Shown here: one piece after another, positions 38,486-49,012 of the stretch
How positions within the stretch are numbered: the first letter of the stretch is position 1
Layout: every line of letters starts with the position of its first letter
From: Pirellulales bacterium
GTDB taxonomy: Bacteria > Planctomycetota > Planctomycetia > Pirellulales > UBA1268
NCBI GenBank assembly: GCA_965249545.1
Contig: CBDFMH010000005.1
Span: forward strand, 897,082-961,081
Reading direction: 5' to 3'
DNA: 64,000 nt
Made by a program: the position numbers and the translations under genes
Notes under the pieces: model-generated
The model's input: only the letters and a program-made list of their open reading frames with translations
What the model was told of the DNA's origin: nothing
The model's database searches: none

Positions 38486-39370
38486 CTACTCCTTCGAAAT
38501 GTCTTCAAGAATTTTTTGAACCCAATTTCGTACTTCATCTCGATAGATACTTGGTCGGTGCATCCACAAATCGGTGTGTGAATGCAGGTAAGGCCCTTCT
38601 GGAATATTGAACATGCTATGAATTGGAATATCAAGGAATGTGAATGTGGCAAGGTCAAGGTGCTCACCAAGGAAGTCGTCACGAACTGTTGTTGCTTGCT
38701 GTCCACAGACAAGAACTGGTCGTCCTTGTAGTCGTGATAGACGACGAATGGCTGATTCGCGGTCACTCTGTGGATACGGCCATTGCTTTACACCATCAAA
38801 ATGATCATGAGTTACAACCGCCTTCCAAAGGCCGGCAATCTCATCATCAGCCAAGCCGATATAACTTGTTGCAATCGCACCACGCGAGAATCCGCAGATC
38901 AGCAGGTTGTCGAGATCACCGCCAAACTCTTCACAGATGCGACCAACATTTTGTTTGCAGTATTGAACAGTTGCCTCACGGTTTCCCCACCATGTAACAG
39001 CATTGTGGTTTTTATCCATGGCTATATAAGGCATTACAATCCAAATGAACTGGGTGCCACCGCTGATACCGTAGCCAAGGTTGGCGTCCCGTACCTCACC
39101 ACTTCCGTTTCCTGGTGGAAATTTATTGCCGGTGTATTCAACCAGAACAGGGTATTTGTCTCCGGGAACCCAGTTTTGTGGGAGATAGAGTGAGTGATAG
39201 ACATCAGTGCCATGATACTCAGGTGCTTGTTGCCAGACTCGCTTCCCTGCTTCTGGTGCCTCATGAGTCATTGGCGGTGTTACAAGATCGGAGGCGGCAC
39301 CAATTTCTATAACAAGAGCGATTGCAGCAAGAAAAAACATGGTTCGCAGGATCATGTCAGGTTGAGTCAA
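38486..39370 (-). CDS. Secreted alpha/beta-hydrolase esterase
   Basis: A signal peptide is present. YPVLVEYTGN is followed by the nucleophile elbow ICGFSRGA (GxSxG) and a downstream THDHFDG. Confidence 0.55.
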   Translation of the reverse strand: MTQPDMILRTMFFLAAIALVIEIGAASDLVTPPMTHEAPEAGKRVWQQAPEYHGTDVYHSLYLPQNWVPGDKYPVLVEYTGNKFPPGNGSGEVRDANLGYGISGGTQFIWIVMPYIAMDKNHNAVTWWGNREATVQYCKQNVGRICEEFGGDLDNLLICGFSRGAIATSYIGLADDEIAGLWKAVVTHDHFDGVKQWPYPQSDRESAIRRLSRLQGRPVLVCGQQATTVRDDFLGEHLDLATFTFLDIPIHSMFNIPEGPYLHSHTDLWMHRPSIYRDEVRNWVQKILEDISKE

Positions 39371-39530
39371 TCAATGAGTGGTCGAGGCTCCTGGCGTAGA
39401 GTCTACCGTCCTTTTGACTCCTTTTGAATCGGAAGTACCATCATAGAGCAGGTGTCATTTGTTACGCCTTGCAAGAACAGGTTGAAAATCGAGGGAAGTG
39501 GTTGTTCTTTTTGACGAGGAAAAGTTTTTT

Positions 39531-40358
39531 ATGGGTGCTCAAAAACAGCGTCGGTCAATGGCAGAAAAAGCAGATAAGTACAAGTGCTATCTGAAGTCAG
39601 TGCAATCACCTGAGCATGAAGTTGAATTTTTTGATAAAGCATTCAAGGATGAGTTTCATCGTAAGCCAACCACATTGCGTGAAGATTTTTGTGGCACCTT
39701 CTCAGTGTGTTGTGAATGGGTAAAGCTTGGCAGACAACGTACGGCACTCGGTGTCGACCTCGATCCAGAGCCATTGGCATGGGGGGAGAAACACATTCTT
39801 TCAAAGCTGCAATCGGCACAGGCTTCACGGGTTCGCATCCTTGAAAAAGATGTTCGGGAAAAAACCCGGCCAGCTGCCGACGTTCTTGCCGCACAAAACT
39901 TTTCTTTCTGGCTATTCAAGACTCGTAAAGAATTATTGGAATATTTCCGTATTGCCAGATCCAACATGAGTCGGCAGAGCATCATGGTGATGGATATGAT
40001 GGGAGGTGGTGACTGCTACGCAGAAAATACAGTCGAAAAGAAAGTTGTGAAAAAAGGGAAAAAGGGTTTTAGCTATCACTGGAAACAGGTGCAGTTTAAT
40101 CCGGTCACACACGAGGCTGATTTCTCAATTTCATTTAAATTCGGCGATGGCAGCAAATTGCAGGAGGCCTTTCAATACAACTGGAGATTCTGGACGATTG
40201 CGGAGGTTCGAGAACTCCTTGAAGAAGCCGGTTTCAAGAAGTCATATGTCTACTGGGAAGAAGAAGACGAAGATGGCGAAGATACGGGTGAGTGGATCAA
40301 AGCCGAACAGGCTGAAAGCTATCCGAGTTGGTTGTGCTATATCGTTGCTGTAAAGTAG
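39531..40358 (+). CDS. Class I SAM-dependent methyltransferase-like protein
   Basis: LREDFCGTFSVCCEWVKLG...ALGVDLDPEPL resembles motif I and the acidic loop. The ORF is open from 39498. Confidence 0.6.
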   Translation: MGAQKQRRSMAEKADKYKCYLKSVQSPEHEVEFFDKAFKDEFHRKPTTLREDFCGTFSVCCEWVKLGRQRTALGVDLDPEPLAWGEKHILSKLQSAQASRVRILEKDVREKTRPAADVLAAQNFSFWLFKTRKELLEYFRIARSNMSRQSIMVMDMMGGGDCYAENTVEKKVVKKGKKGFSYHWKQVQFNPVTHEADFSISFKFGDGSKLQEAFQYNWRFWTIAEVRELLEEAGFKKSYVYWEEEDEDGEDTGEWIKAEQAESYPSWLCYIVAVK

Positions 40359-40457
40359 ACGCTGGAAGCGATAGGTGCCTTCTTAGACGTTCATAAGGGG
40401 TGTGTCTTGTGGAAGCCCTTTGTCTTCAGTCACGGAGGATGTTCTTCATTGAATTCT

Positions 40458-41339
40458 ATGGGTGACCATCTAGCTATAAAACCTGTCGGAACACATGTTT
40501 CCAAGTGGGGTGAAGGTCCGCGTTTCTGGAAGAACGCACTGTTTTATGTCGATATTGAAGGCCACGCGATCATTCGGCTCTGCCTTGATTCACAAAAAGA
40601 GGACATATGGGACGTTGGTGAACGAATTGGGGCAGTTGCACCAACACACAATGATGTTTTGTTGTGTGTTGGAGATTCGGGGATATTTAGCTTCTGCCTG
40701 CAGGGGGGTGAGAAGAAAAATCTTGTCGACCCCGAATCTGACAAAAGACCAGAGAATCGATTTAATGACGGCATGTGTGATCCTTCAGGGAGGTTTTGGG
40801 CTGGCACAATCAGCACCACAAAACAAACAGGGGATGCGTCGCTTTATATGTTTGATCGTGAGGGGCAGTTGCACAAAAAGATTCCTCATGTAACCAACTC
40901 GAATGGAATCTGTTGGAGTGCTGATGCGTCTTCAATGTATTACATAGATACGCCGACGAAAAAGGTTATGGCATATCCGTTTGAGAGCGAAACAGGAAAT
41001 CTGGGCATTCCAAAAGTTGTTATCGATACACAATCAGCAGACGTCGAGGGGTCGCCAGATGGCATGGCAATCGACGTTGATGGAAATCTTTGGATTGCAA
41101 TGTGTCATGGAGGTGCTGTGATTCAAGTTGAGACGCAAACAGGAAAGATACTCAAGAAGATTTCTTTCCCGTGTGTTGAAACGACCGCCTGTACGTTCGG
41201 TGGTGATCAGTACGACAGACTTTTTGTAACAACCGGACTTCACAAGACTCTGAGCGAGCCTGATGCAGGAAAAGTATTTGTTGTTGACGGTCTTTCGACA
41301 CATGGCTTTCCGGTGGTTCCTTATAAGGGAAGCATTTGA
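40458..41339 (+). CDS. SMP-30/gluconolactonase/LRE-family protein
   Basis: Six-bladed propeller motifs are present: GEGPRFW...LFYVDI, NRFNDGMCDPSGRFW, NSNGICWS and PDGMAIDVDGNLWIA. Confidence 0.8.
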   Translation: MGDHLAIKPVGTHVSKWGEGPRFWKNALFYVDIEGHAIIRLCLDSQKEDIWDVGERIGAVAPTHNDVLLCVGDSGIFSFCLQGGEKKNLVDPESDKRPENRFNDGMCDPSGRFWAGTISTTKQTGDASLYMFDREGQLHKKIPHVTNSNGICWSADASSMYYIDTPTKKVMAYPFESETGNLGIPKVVIDTQSADVEGSPDGMAIDVDGNLWIAMCHGGAVIQVETQTGKILKKISFPCVETTACTFGGDQYDRLFVTTGLHKTLSEPDAGKVFVVDGLSTHGFPVVPYKGSI

Positions 41340-41389
41340 TGGAAACGTATTTCAGGTAAACCTGAGGGAGACGTAGGAGTCGTATAACA

Positions 41390-42955
41390 ATGAGATACAT
41401 ACTATTTGTGTACTCGCTGCTCTTCTTTGCCCACGCATCAAGTAGCACCGCACATGAACTCACACTTGAAACGATTCCTGGACACGGGTGCTGGGTTGAC
41501 ACCCGGGTGAACCAGAACCGTCTTGAAAACTTTCGAGTCACGGCATGGTTTGAGCAGCAATTGCTCGGTGACGGCCTTGCGTATCAGCGGCGAATGGCGT
41601 CATTGAATGATACAGGGCGTCGGGCTCTTCGGGTCGATGTTCGAAACGTTCTGAAAGAGGCCAATCAATTGGCTGTCGAAAAGGCTGGTCCGGCTCTCAA
41701 GGCACTCGAAGCATCCGACGTCATCCAAGACGTTACGTATCATTGGATTGTGAATGGTTTTACCTGTACGACAGATAAGAATGGCGTCGAGGCAATCCAA
41801 CAAATTCCCGGTGTGCGATGTCTTTTCTTCGTCGGTCCTGTCCGCAAGAGAAACACTCCAATTATAAAAAATGTGCAACCAGAACATGAAGATGAACCGG
41901 TACCATTTCAGTTAGATGACGTGACCCCTGCGTGGTATATCAAAGCACTCCGTGCGGATAAGGCTTGGAGTGCATGCAACGCAACGGGCAAGGGCGTGCT
42001 GAATGTCATCCATGATGGCAACTTTGTTGTCTCGCCGACTGTTTGTCCAACTCGTTATCGGAATCAACATGAACAAGCCAATGGAATTGATGACGACGGG
42101 AATGGTCTTATTGATGATCTGCACGGCTTTGACTTTGACCGTCAAACTGGTGATTTGCTTCGAAGAGGATCAGATGACATAAACACAATCGATAGAAAAC
42201 TTCTTCATGGTCACCAGTGTGCTGCCATTATCTGTGGTCGTACAGCGGGAATACCTGCTCGACAGTTTGGTATTGCACCGGATGCTCGGTGGGCGGGTGT
42301 GCTTGCAGGTCAGTGTTTCGAAGAAGCTTTAGAGTGGGCAATCGAACACGATGCCGACACGTATAGCATGAGTTTCTCCCGAGCAAATCTGGGTGAGTAC
42401 CGATCACACTGGAGAAAAGCGTGTGAGCATGCTTCCCTCTGTGGTGTCCACCTTGTCTCAGGCGCTGGGAATTATGCAATGGAAGGATCGGCTCAATTCA
42501 AGCCGGTTCCTATTCAGATGCCCATTCCACAAGACATTCCTTTTGCGGTGTTTGCTGCTGCAGGTGTGCAGCGTGATTTATCAAGAACACCATTTTCCAG
42601 TCAGGGGCCGGTAGAGTGGAAGACGCATCACTATCAAGATGGGCGAGTGAAGAAGCCAGAGGTTGCAGCTTTTAATTTTCGGTTGCCATCCATTCAGCCC
42701 AACGGTCGTGTATTCAATCAAGCAGCAAGTGGAAATTCATTTGCTGGGCCAATGCTTTGCGGAACGATTGCACTCATGCTTTCTGTCGATCCGGATCTGC
42801 ATCCATGGGAAACACGACAGATTCTTATCGATACTGCACGTGATATTGCCGACGAGGGTTACGACTATCAAACGGGGTACGGCTTAATCGATGCAGAGAA
42901 AGCAGTTGCAGTCGTAGTTGAGGGAGCGAAGAAGGGGGCGAGATATGCTGAATAA
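41390..42955 (+). CDS. S8-family subtilisin-like serine peptidase
   Basis: It has a signal peptide, an Asp region NVIHDGNF, the Ca-loop DDDGNGLIDDLHGFDF, the His box HGHQCAAIICG and the Ser box SGNSFAGPMLCG. Confidence 0.8.
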   Translation: MRYILFVYSLLFFAHASSSTAHELTLETIPGHGCWVDTRVNQNRLENFRVTAWFEQQLLGDGLAYQRRMASLNDTGRRALRVDVRNVLKEANQLAVEKAGPALKALEASDVIQDVTYHWIVNGFTCTTDKNGVEAIQQIPGVRCLFFVGPVRKRNTPIIKNVQPEHEDEPVPFQLDDVTPAWYIKALRADKAWSACNATGKGVLNVIHDGNFVVSPTVCPTRYRNQHEQANGIDDDGNGLIDDLHGFDFDRQTGDLLRRGSDDINTIDRKLLHGHQCAAIICGRTAGIPARQFGIAPDARWAGVLAGQCFEEALEWAIEHDADTYSMSFSRANLGEYRSHWRKACEHASLCGVHLVSGAGNYAMEGSAQFKPVPIQMPIPQDIPFAVFAAAGVQRDLSRTPFSSQGPVEWKTHHYQDGRVKKPEVAAFNFRLPSIQPNGRVFNQAASGNSFAGPMLCGTIALMLSVDPDLHPWETRQILIDTARDIADEGYDYQTGYGLIDAEKAVAVVVEGAKKGARYAE

Positions 42956-43015
42956 AAGAAACTGTGTGATCGAGTCTTCAGTGTCTATCACATGAGGAAA
43001 TGAGAGGAAATTCCA

Positions 43016-43774
43016 GTGCGTTTACTATGTCTTATGATGATGTTTTTCGTTCTCTGTTTTACAGGAGTACGACAGGTTGATGCGGAGCAGCCGCACATTG
43101 TTTTCCTGATAGCAGAGAGAGAGTACCAAACGGAACAGACACTCCCCGATTTCTGTAAGCAGTATGTACGTGATGGAAAGAGTAGCTTTGTCCACGCAGA
43201 TCCACATGAGCCCAACAAATTGATTGGTAGTGAGGCAGTTGATACGGCAGATCTCTTGTTTGTGAGTGTTCGTCGAAGGACATTGCCACCACAACAACTC
43301 AATAGAATTCGTCGTTATGTCCAATCTGGTAAGCCAGTCATTGGTATACGTACGGCGAGTCATGCTTTCTGTTTACGGAAGCAAGAGCCAGAAGATGGCT
43401 TTGCTGCATGGCCAGAATTCGACAAAACGGTGTTTGGTGGAAACTACACCAATCATTACAAGAACTCACTCATCGCGACGATCCAGAGAGTGAATCCATC
43501 CTCTACTGTGGCAGAATCTCTCTTGTCTGGAATAAAAGAACTTCCGGTTAAGTCGGGTGGTTCGTTGTATTGTGTTTCACCTCTTGAAGAAAAGGCAGAC
43601 GTTGTTTTGGAAGGTGTTGTTGAAGGGCATGCCCCCGAACCAGTCGCCTGGACTTTTCGTCGTGCTGAAGGAGGCAAGTCGTTCTATACATCGCTCGGAC
43701 ATGTCGATGACTTTCGTGGGCCGGTTCTTCCGCCTCTTTTATTGAATGCCATTGAGTGGTGTCTCCATGACTAA
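43016..43774 (+). CDS. ThuA-domain (trehalose utilisation-like) protein
   Basis: After a signal peptide it has IVFLIAEREY, GKPVIGIRTASHAF and SFYTSLGH, typical of the ThuA-like class-I glutamine-amidotransferase-like fold. Confidence 0.6.
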   Translation: MRLLCLMMMFFVLCFTGVRQVDAEQPHIVFLIAEREYQTEQTLPDFCKQYVRDGKSSFVHADPHEPNKLIGSEAVDTADLLFVSVRRRTLPPQQLNRIRRYVQSGKPVIGIRTASHAFCLRKQEPEDGFAAWPEFDKTVFGGNYTNHYKNSLIATIQRVNPSSTVAESLLSGIKELPVKSGGSLYCVSPLEEKADVVLEGVVEGHAPEPVAWTFRRAEGGKSFYTSLGHVDDFRGPVLPPLLLNAIEWCLHD

Positions 43775-45012
43775 GTTGTATTTGTATCGATCTACGGTTT
43801 TCTTCCTAGTCATTCTCGCTCAGTGCTATGTACCAGTTTTTGGTGCGCCAGAGGTTGAGTGGGTGACTGGGTGGGGAACAGAACACGAAGACCATGTTTT
43901 TGAGGGTGTTCACGCAGAAGGTGGGGGTTTTTGTGTAGTCGGAAAATGTGGTGATCCAGATTCATCAACGGCAAATGGATTTGTGATGAAAGTTGATGCC
44001 AATGGGGAACAAGAGTGGCTGACAGTACTGGGAAAGCAAAGCTTTCATGACGAAGCACGCTGTGTTGTTGAAGCGCACGATGGTTTTATCGTTGGTGGAA
44101 CAACGGGTATCTCTAAAAGAAGATCAAAAGCGTGTCTTTGGAAGATAAGCCTGTCTGGTGAATTTATATGGAAGAAAGTTCTGGATCATAAGAAAAATGG
44201 TGCAATTCGGGGCCTCGATACTCTGGATGCAGAATCATTTGTGGCGACTGGATATGTTGCGAGTGATGAGATACGTGTTCCGTTTATTTCAGATGAGTCC
44301 ACTGGCATTCTTCTCGTTTCGAATCAAAGCGGTGACATCGCCTGGCAGAAAAGAAATGCCATTTTCACAAGGGGCGAAGGTCTCTTGTCGGAAAGAATCC
44401 TCCACCATCACTGTTTGCGGCACAGTCTGGCAGGAATCTTTTGAACGTGAACACCAGGATGCTTTCCTTGTTCAGTTTTCACGCGATGGAGAAAAACTAG
44501 ATCAGCATCTGTATGGAGGCGCTGATATGGAGCAGTGTTTTGACTTTGAGGCGTTACCTGATGGATTTGTTCTTGCTGGACACAAAGCAAGCCATGAGAG
44601 TGGGAATTGGGACGTATGGCTGGTAAGAACCGACACTGAGGGGAATCTGCTTTGGGAGCAAACGTATGACCAGTTGTCAAATGGAACAAGTAAAAACCTT
44701 TTCGATGAGTGTTATGGAGTGAAGCAGACATCCGATGGTGGATTCGTGCTCGCCTGCGGGTCTGGTATCGAGCCAGATCAGGTTTCTGACGAAGACTCAA
44801 TCGACAATCTATGGGCGGCGTGTTTGCTTAAAACTAACGCCATCGGAGAGCCGCTCTGGACGTATATATTTCACCAACCTGAAAGCGGGCACAATGCCTG
44901 CGAATGGGTTATTCCGCACGGTGATGAGAAGTACCTGATGCTCCTTGATAGTGATCACCTCGGTGAGGCAGAACCATCGAATGTTGGATTGGTTTACGTG
45001 TCCGACAATTAA
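43767..45012 (+). pseudogene. Repeat (beta-propeller-like) secreted protein interrupted by a 1-nt frameshift
   Basis: ORFs 43746-44444 and 44158-45012 carry the same repeat unit (GF.V.G......D..L.K....G...W). The sense frames join at the A4 run 44349-44352. Removing one A gives ...GDIAWQK-EMPFSQGAKV.... Confidence 0.65.
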
Positions 45013-45167
45013 GTGATGGTTGTCACATCACACTTGTATTGTGTAACCCTAGTATTAAGCCCGCGATGACATTTTCTGTCCTGGTGAGACACGAGATCAA
45101 AATTGTGTCAACATAGTGGGTGTACATTGCCACATGTTCCGTGCTTGAAACAGGAAGAGAGAACTCC

Positions 45168-46397
45168 ATGCGTATGATGTTTCTACCTAATGATGTTATG
45201 AGACCCAGTACGAGAAACATTTCAAGAAATCTTAGCGTCACGGTTGCCGTTCTACTTTTGATTTCAGCTTCATGTAGTTTTTCATATGCTCAGCGGTCCG
45301 GTGGGCGTCGAGGTTCTCGCGGGCGTTCAGAGGCATCTCTTTCAGAGCCGTATCGTGGCATTCGTTCAGGTGGCACAATTCAAAAGGACCTCTTTCGGAT
45401 TGAGTCTACAGGTGTTTCCACGCAGCCAGTTGTTGATGCAGCAGTTACGTTTTTGAATGGGCTCAACGACGAACAACGAAATCGCACGACTTTTCCGGTC
45501 GATGATATTGAGTGGCGGAGTTGGGATAACAGGCACTTTTATAAGCGACGTGGTGTTGGCTTTGACGAAATGGATGAGCAGCAGAGGAAACATGCTTTCG
45601 CGCTTCTCAGCGCGAGCCTCAGTGCCAAGGGCCTCACATTGTCGAAAGACATTATGAAGCTCAATGGAACCCTCGCTGAACTTGCTGACAATTTTGATGA
45701 ATACGGAGAGTGGCTCTATTGGATAACCATCATGGGAGATCCTTCATCAACAGAACCATGGGGGTGGCAGATCGACGGTCATCATCTCATCATCAATTAT
45801 TTTGTTTTAGGTGATCAGGTTGTCATGTCTCCAGTTTTTATTGGCAGTGAACCAGTCCATGCAGTTTCAGGAAAATTTAAAGGAACTGTTGTTATGCAAG
45901 ACGAACAGGATAAGGGCCTTGCTTTTATGCGATCACTCGACGATCCCCAGCAAAAGAAAGCTGTTCTCAGTCAACTCAAAGAGCAGAACAATGCGGTCGC
46001 ACAGGCGTATCGAGACAACATTGACCTTGAGTATGCGGGCTTGAACGCAGCGACATTATCAAATGATCAAAAGGATTTGCTTCTCGATGTTGTGCATGCA
46101 TATGTCGGGACAATGGATGAGGGGCATGCTGCAATCAAAATGCGTGAAGTTGAAGACCATCTTGATAACACCTGGTTTGCATGGGTTGGTGGAACAGCAG
46201 ACGACAGCGTCTTTTATTACAGAATTCATAGTCCAGTGCTTCTTATTGAGTTTGATCACCAGAGACGGGTTGCACCGTTTCGATCAGACAAACCGTCACG
46301 AGATCACATTCATGCGGTGCTGCGTACACCAAATGGAAATGATTACGGCAAAAATCTTTTGCGACAGCATATCGAGCAGCATCACACGAAAAAGTAG
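45168..46397 (+). CDS. DUF3500-domain protein
   Basis: A signal peptide is followed by [15 protein letters not shown] and [17 protein letters not shown]. From memory these match the DUF3500 family. Confidence 0.6.
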   Translation: MRMMFLPNDVMRPSTRNISRNLSVTVAVLLLISASCSFSYAQRSGGRRGSRGRSEASLSEPYRGIRSGGTIQKDLFRIESTGVSTQPVVDAAVTFLNGLNDEQRNRTTFPVDDIEWRSWDNRHFYKRRGVGFDEMDEQQRKHAFALLSASLSAKGLTLSKDIMKLNGTLAELADNFDEYGEWLYWITIMGDPSSTEPWGWQIDGHHLIINYFVLGDQVVMSPVFIGSEPVHAVSGKFKGTVVMQDEQDKGLAFMRSLDDPQQKKAVLSQLKEQNNAVAQAYRDNIDLEYAGLNAATLSNDQKDLLLDVVHAYVGTMDEGHAAIKMREVEDHLDNTWFAWVGGTADDSVFYYRIHSPVLLIEFDHQRRVAPFRSDKPSRDHIHAVLRTPNGNDYGKNLLRQHIEQHHTKK

Positions 46398-46472
46398 CCC
46401 TTGTTCCGTCATTCGTGTTGGTCGTTTGTTTGAATGAATAATTGGTTGAATGAAGCAGTGTCTGCCTTACCG

Positions 46473-47612
46473 TCAATCACCGGATCGCGGCGTCTGTTTT
46501 TCTCGGTAGACATTGAGTTTTTGAACGGTGTCATGCAGACCAGGTCGGCTTAAGAGCCCATCGGCAAAGAATCCTTGTTTCACTCCTGATTTGCCAAATC
46601 CCTTTGGTGTGTCGACTGGGTTGCACCAGAAAACACCAAGTATGTAACTCGTGTTGAGGGCAGCTTTTACATATTCAGCGTACGCTTTCCCGGCAGCCAC
46701 AGAATCATCCGCGAGTTTCCATGCAGAAACATTCTTGTCACCATCCTGAAATCGGATGGCAAAGTCACATAAGAGGATTGGCTTGCCAGTACATCTATGA
46801 ATTTCATCAAGTTTCTGTTGCGGAAATGATTCCATGAAGTATGGCTGCACGGCTATGGCGTCCACATATGGCAGCATTTCCTCGACAATAGCAGGATTGA
46901 ATGTTTGGAATGAAAAACGATCGCCAAAGATCAGATGATTGGGGTCGTACGTTCTGTTCGCTGTGCCAACGATACGAAAGTATTCGCGTGCGATTAAACA
47001 AAGAAACGCTTCGTCCTGTGATATGGTTCCGTCATCTTTCCATGCCTTTACAAAGTCTTGGTACGCCTGTTGCCCAGGTGCATTTGCAGGGAGTGACTTC
47101 ATAAAATCAACCCAGTTGTTGCCGGTCGAATTATCGAGAGGCCAGGCGCCGAGGTCAGTCCAACAATAGCCAATAACGTTTTCAGGATTTTGAAGGCTCT
47201 TTTCGCAACTAGCCTTCACTTCAACCTCGAGCCGCTTTTGTTCTTTTGGATCAAAAATATCAATGAAATGGAAGCTGCCGGCATCTCGATAGGTCGAAAT
47301 AGGAACAAGATGGTTCCAGCTTTCAACGTAGGGCATGTCACCTCGCAACTGAGGAGGACAGCCGTATCCATAGGCGTTGAAACCAAGCCGCTTACAGGCA
47401 GTGGAAAACGCTGTGTAATCAAACGCATCGCGATTGTTGCTGGCATGTGTAATGCCATGAGCAAAGAATGGATTGCCATGTGAGTCCACAAGCCAATCTC
47501 GACCATCAATTGTGGCAAGACTGATGGGTTTTGATTGAGGCGACTCTGCTTGAATGGAATCTGCACAATTGCAAATCAAGATAAAGCTTACGAATGAAAA
47601 GAGAAATTTCAT
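46473..47612 (-). CDS. Secreted hypothetical protein, possible TIM-barrel glycoside hydrolase
   Basis: It has a signal peptide (FLFSFVSFILICNCADS). The size and alternating beta/alpha pattern, with conserved-looking W/D/E positions, suggest a hydrolase. No firm family motif was recognised. Confidence 0.4.
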   Translation of the reverse strand: MKFLFSFVSFILICNCADSIQAESPQSKPISLATIDGRDWLVDSHGNPFFAHGITHASNNRDAFDYTAFSTACKRLGFNAYGYGCPPQLRGDMPYVESWNHLVPISTYRDAGSFHFIDIFDPKEQKRLEVEVKASCEKSLQNPENVIGYCWTDLGAWPLDNSTGNNWVDFMKSLPANAPGQQAYQDFVKAWKDDGTISQDEAFLCLIAREYFRIVGTANRTYDPNHLIFGDRFSFQTFNPAIVEEMLPYVDAIAVQPYFMESFPQQKLDEIHRCTGKPILLCDFAIRFQDGDKNVSAWKLADDSVAAGKAYAEYVKAALNTSYILGVFWCNPVDTPKGFGKSGVKQGFFADGLLSRPGLHDTVQKLNVYREKQTPRSGD

Positions 47613-47749
47613 GATACAAATCAATGATACTGAAGGGACTGATATTGTTTTCTACAAAGCGTGTTACTGTTTCATACGTTTAAGTAACAACAAATTGGTA
47701 TTTGTGTGAATAAGAAACCGTTCGAGCTTCTCGCACTACTCAAGATACC

Positions 47750-49012
47750 CTAAATATCGAGTGTCCCGGTACTTGATCCAAATTGATCGGACTCAATGCC
47801 CATTGATTGAAGAAGGGATACAAACAGGTTGCATAGAGGAACATTGTCTTTTTTGTTGTGCTGAATAAACCGGCCATGCTTGTGCTTCCCACCGGCCAGA
47901 ATGATCGGAAGATTTCTGGGGTCGTGAGCATTTGCATTTCCTAGGTTGCTGCCAAAGAGAACTGAGGTCTGCTCGAGTAAACCCGATCCATTTTCAGATG
48001 GCTGTTTCAAACCATCAAGGAAATTACTCAAGCACATAAGAATTTCCATTTCAATAATCTTGAGCTGTGTGATTCTCTCCGGGTCTTGTCCATGGTGAGA
48101 AAGAGGGTGATGGCCATCGGACACACCATCAATATTGGGAGTCCCATGGTCACTCTGAATAACAACAGATATCACGCGTGATGAATCTGTCTGGAGAATA
48201 AGTGGAATGAGGTTGAGAAGCGACCGTACACGACCAACTAAATCAGATGGGTCGGCAATATTTTCTGGAGGTGCCGTCTGAACACTGGGTTTCGGTCGAT
48301 CGAGCCATACTTCGGAATTATTTAATTCTGTTTCAGCAACCCGAATGGAGTCAAAATATTGTTCAAGTTGATGTTTATCGGTGCTGGGTGTTGTGCGCTC
48401 TATTGATCGTATCTGCTCAATCACACTATCGAGAATGCTATGGCCATCTGCTAGGCGTTGCCTCTGTTGTCTGATTTCTTTTTGACTTCCACGTAAGAAT
48501 AATTTTGTATACACCTGAGACGGCATATCATCAGCAGGAATCATCACACCGTTTCTTGTGAAAGATTGACTTTTCTTTCTGTTACTACTCAGTGAGACAG
48601 ATGGGTATCTTGTCACATTTCCAATTTTTTCGGCAGCAAACTGATCAATTGAAATCGTGTTTCGAAAACCTCCGAGGCCAGGGTTTCTTGCAGATGTGAG
48701 GAAGGTCATCTCGGTATCGTGAGGATCTTTCCCTACCTGGTCTGGATGTGAAAGACCTGCGAATAGCGTGTACTCCTTGCGATGACGTTGAAGAATGTCT
48801 AGGTATTCGGTGCTTTCGTAGTTGTTACCTGTTGTCGCAGGAAATAAGGACGGTGCATGGAGGCCAAGCGTGTTACAGATACACACCATCCGCTTGGGTG
48901 GTGCCACGTTATTCCCACCAATTGCCATGCTCATGGATTCAAGAAGAGGCAAGGCAACTGTAATTCCAGAAGCTTTTAGTGCTGTGCGTCGTGAGAGCGG
49001 TGTGTGCATCAT
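47750..49012 (-). CDS. DUF1552-domain protein
   Basis: The N-terminal LSRRTALKASGITVALPLLESM, SIDQFAAEKIG and VLFGSNLGNANAHDPRNLPIILAGG are DUF1552 hallmarks. The start overlaps the DUF1592 stop (ATGA). Confidence 0.8.
   Translation of the reverse strand: MMHTPLSRRTALKASGITVALPLLESMSMAIGGNNVAPPKRMVCICNTLGLHAPSLFPATTGNNYESTEYLDILQRHRKEYTLFAGLSHPDQVGKDPHDTEMTFLTSARNPGLGGFRNTISIDQFAAEKIGNVTRYPSVSLSSNRKKSQSFTRNGVMIPADDMPSQVYTKLFLRGSQKEIRQQRQRLADGHSILDSVIEQIRSIERTTPSTDKHQLEQYFDSIRVAETELNNSEVWLDRPKPSVQTAPPENIADPSDLVGRVRSLLNLIPLILQTDSSRVISVVIQSDHGTPNIDGVSDGHHPLSHHGQDPERITQLKIIEMEILMCLSNFLDGLKQPSENGSGLLEQTSVLFGSNLGNANAHDPRNLPIILAGGKHKHGRFIQHNKKDNVPLCNLFVSLLQSMGIESDQFGSSTGTLDI

Noticed and set aside
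44158-44350. The N-terminal ~64 aa of ORF 44158-45012, considered as the true start of a separate gene
   Set aside because: This part is out of frame with the repeat pattern (MNLYGRKFWIIRKMVQFGAS...) and overlaps the sense frame of the upstream ORF. Only the portion after about 44350 looks like real protein.
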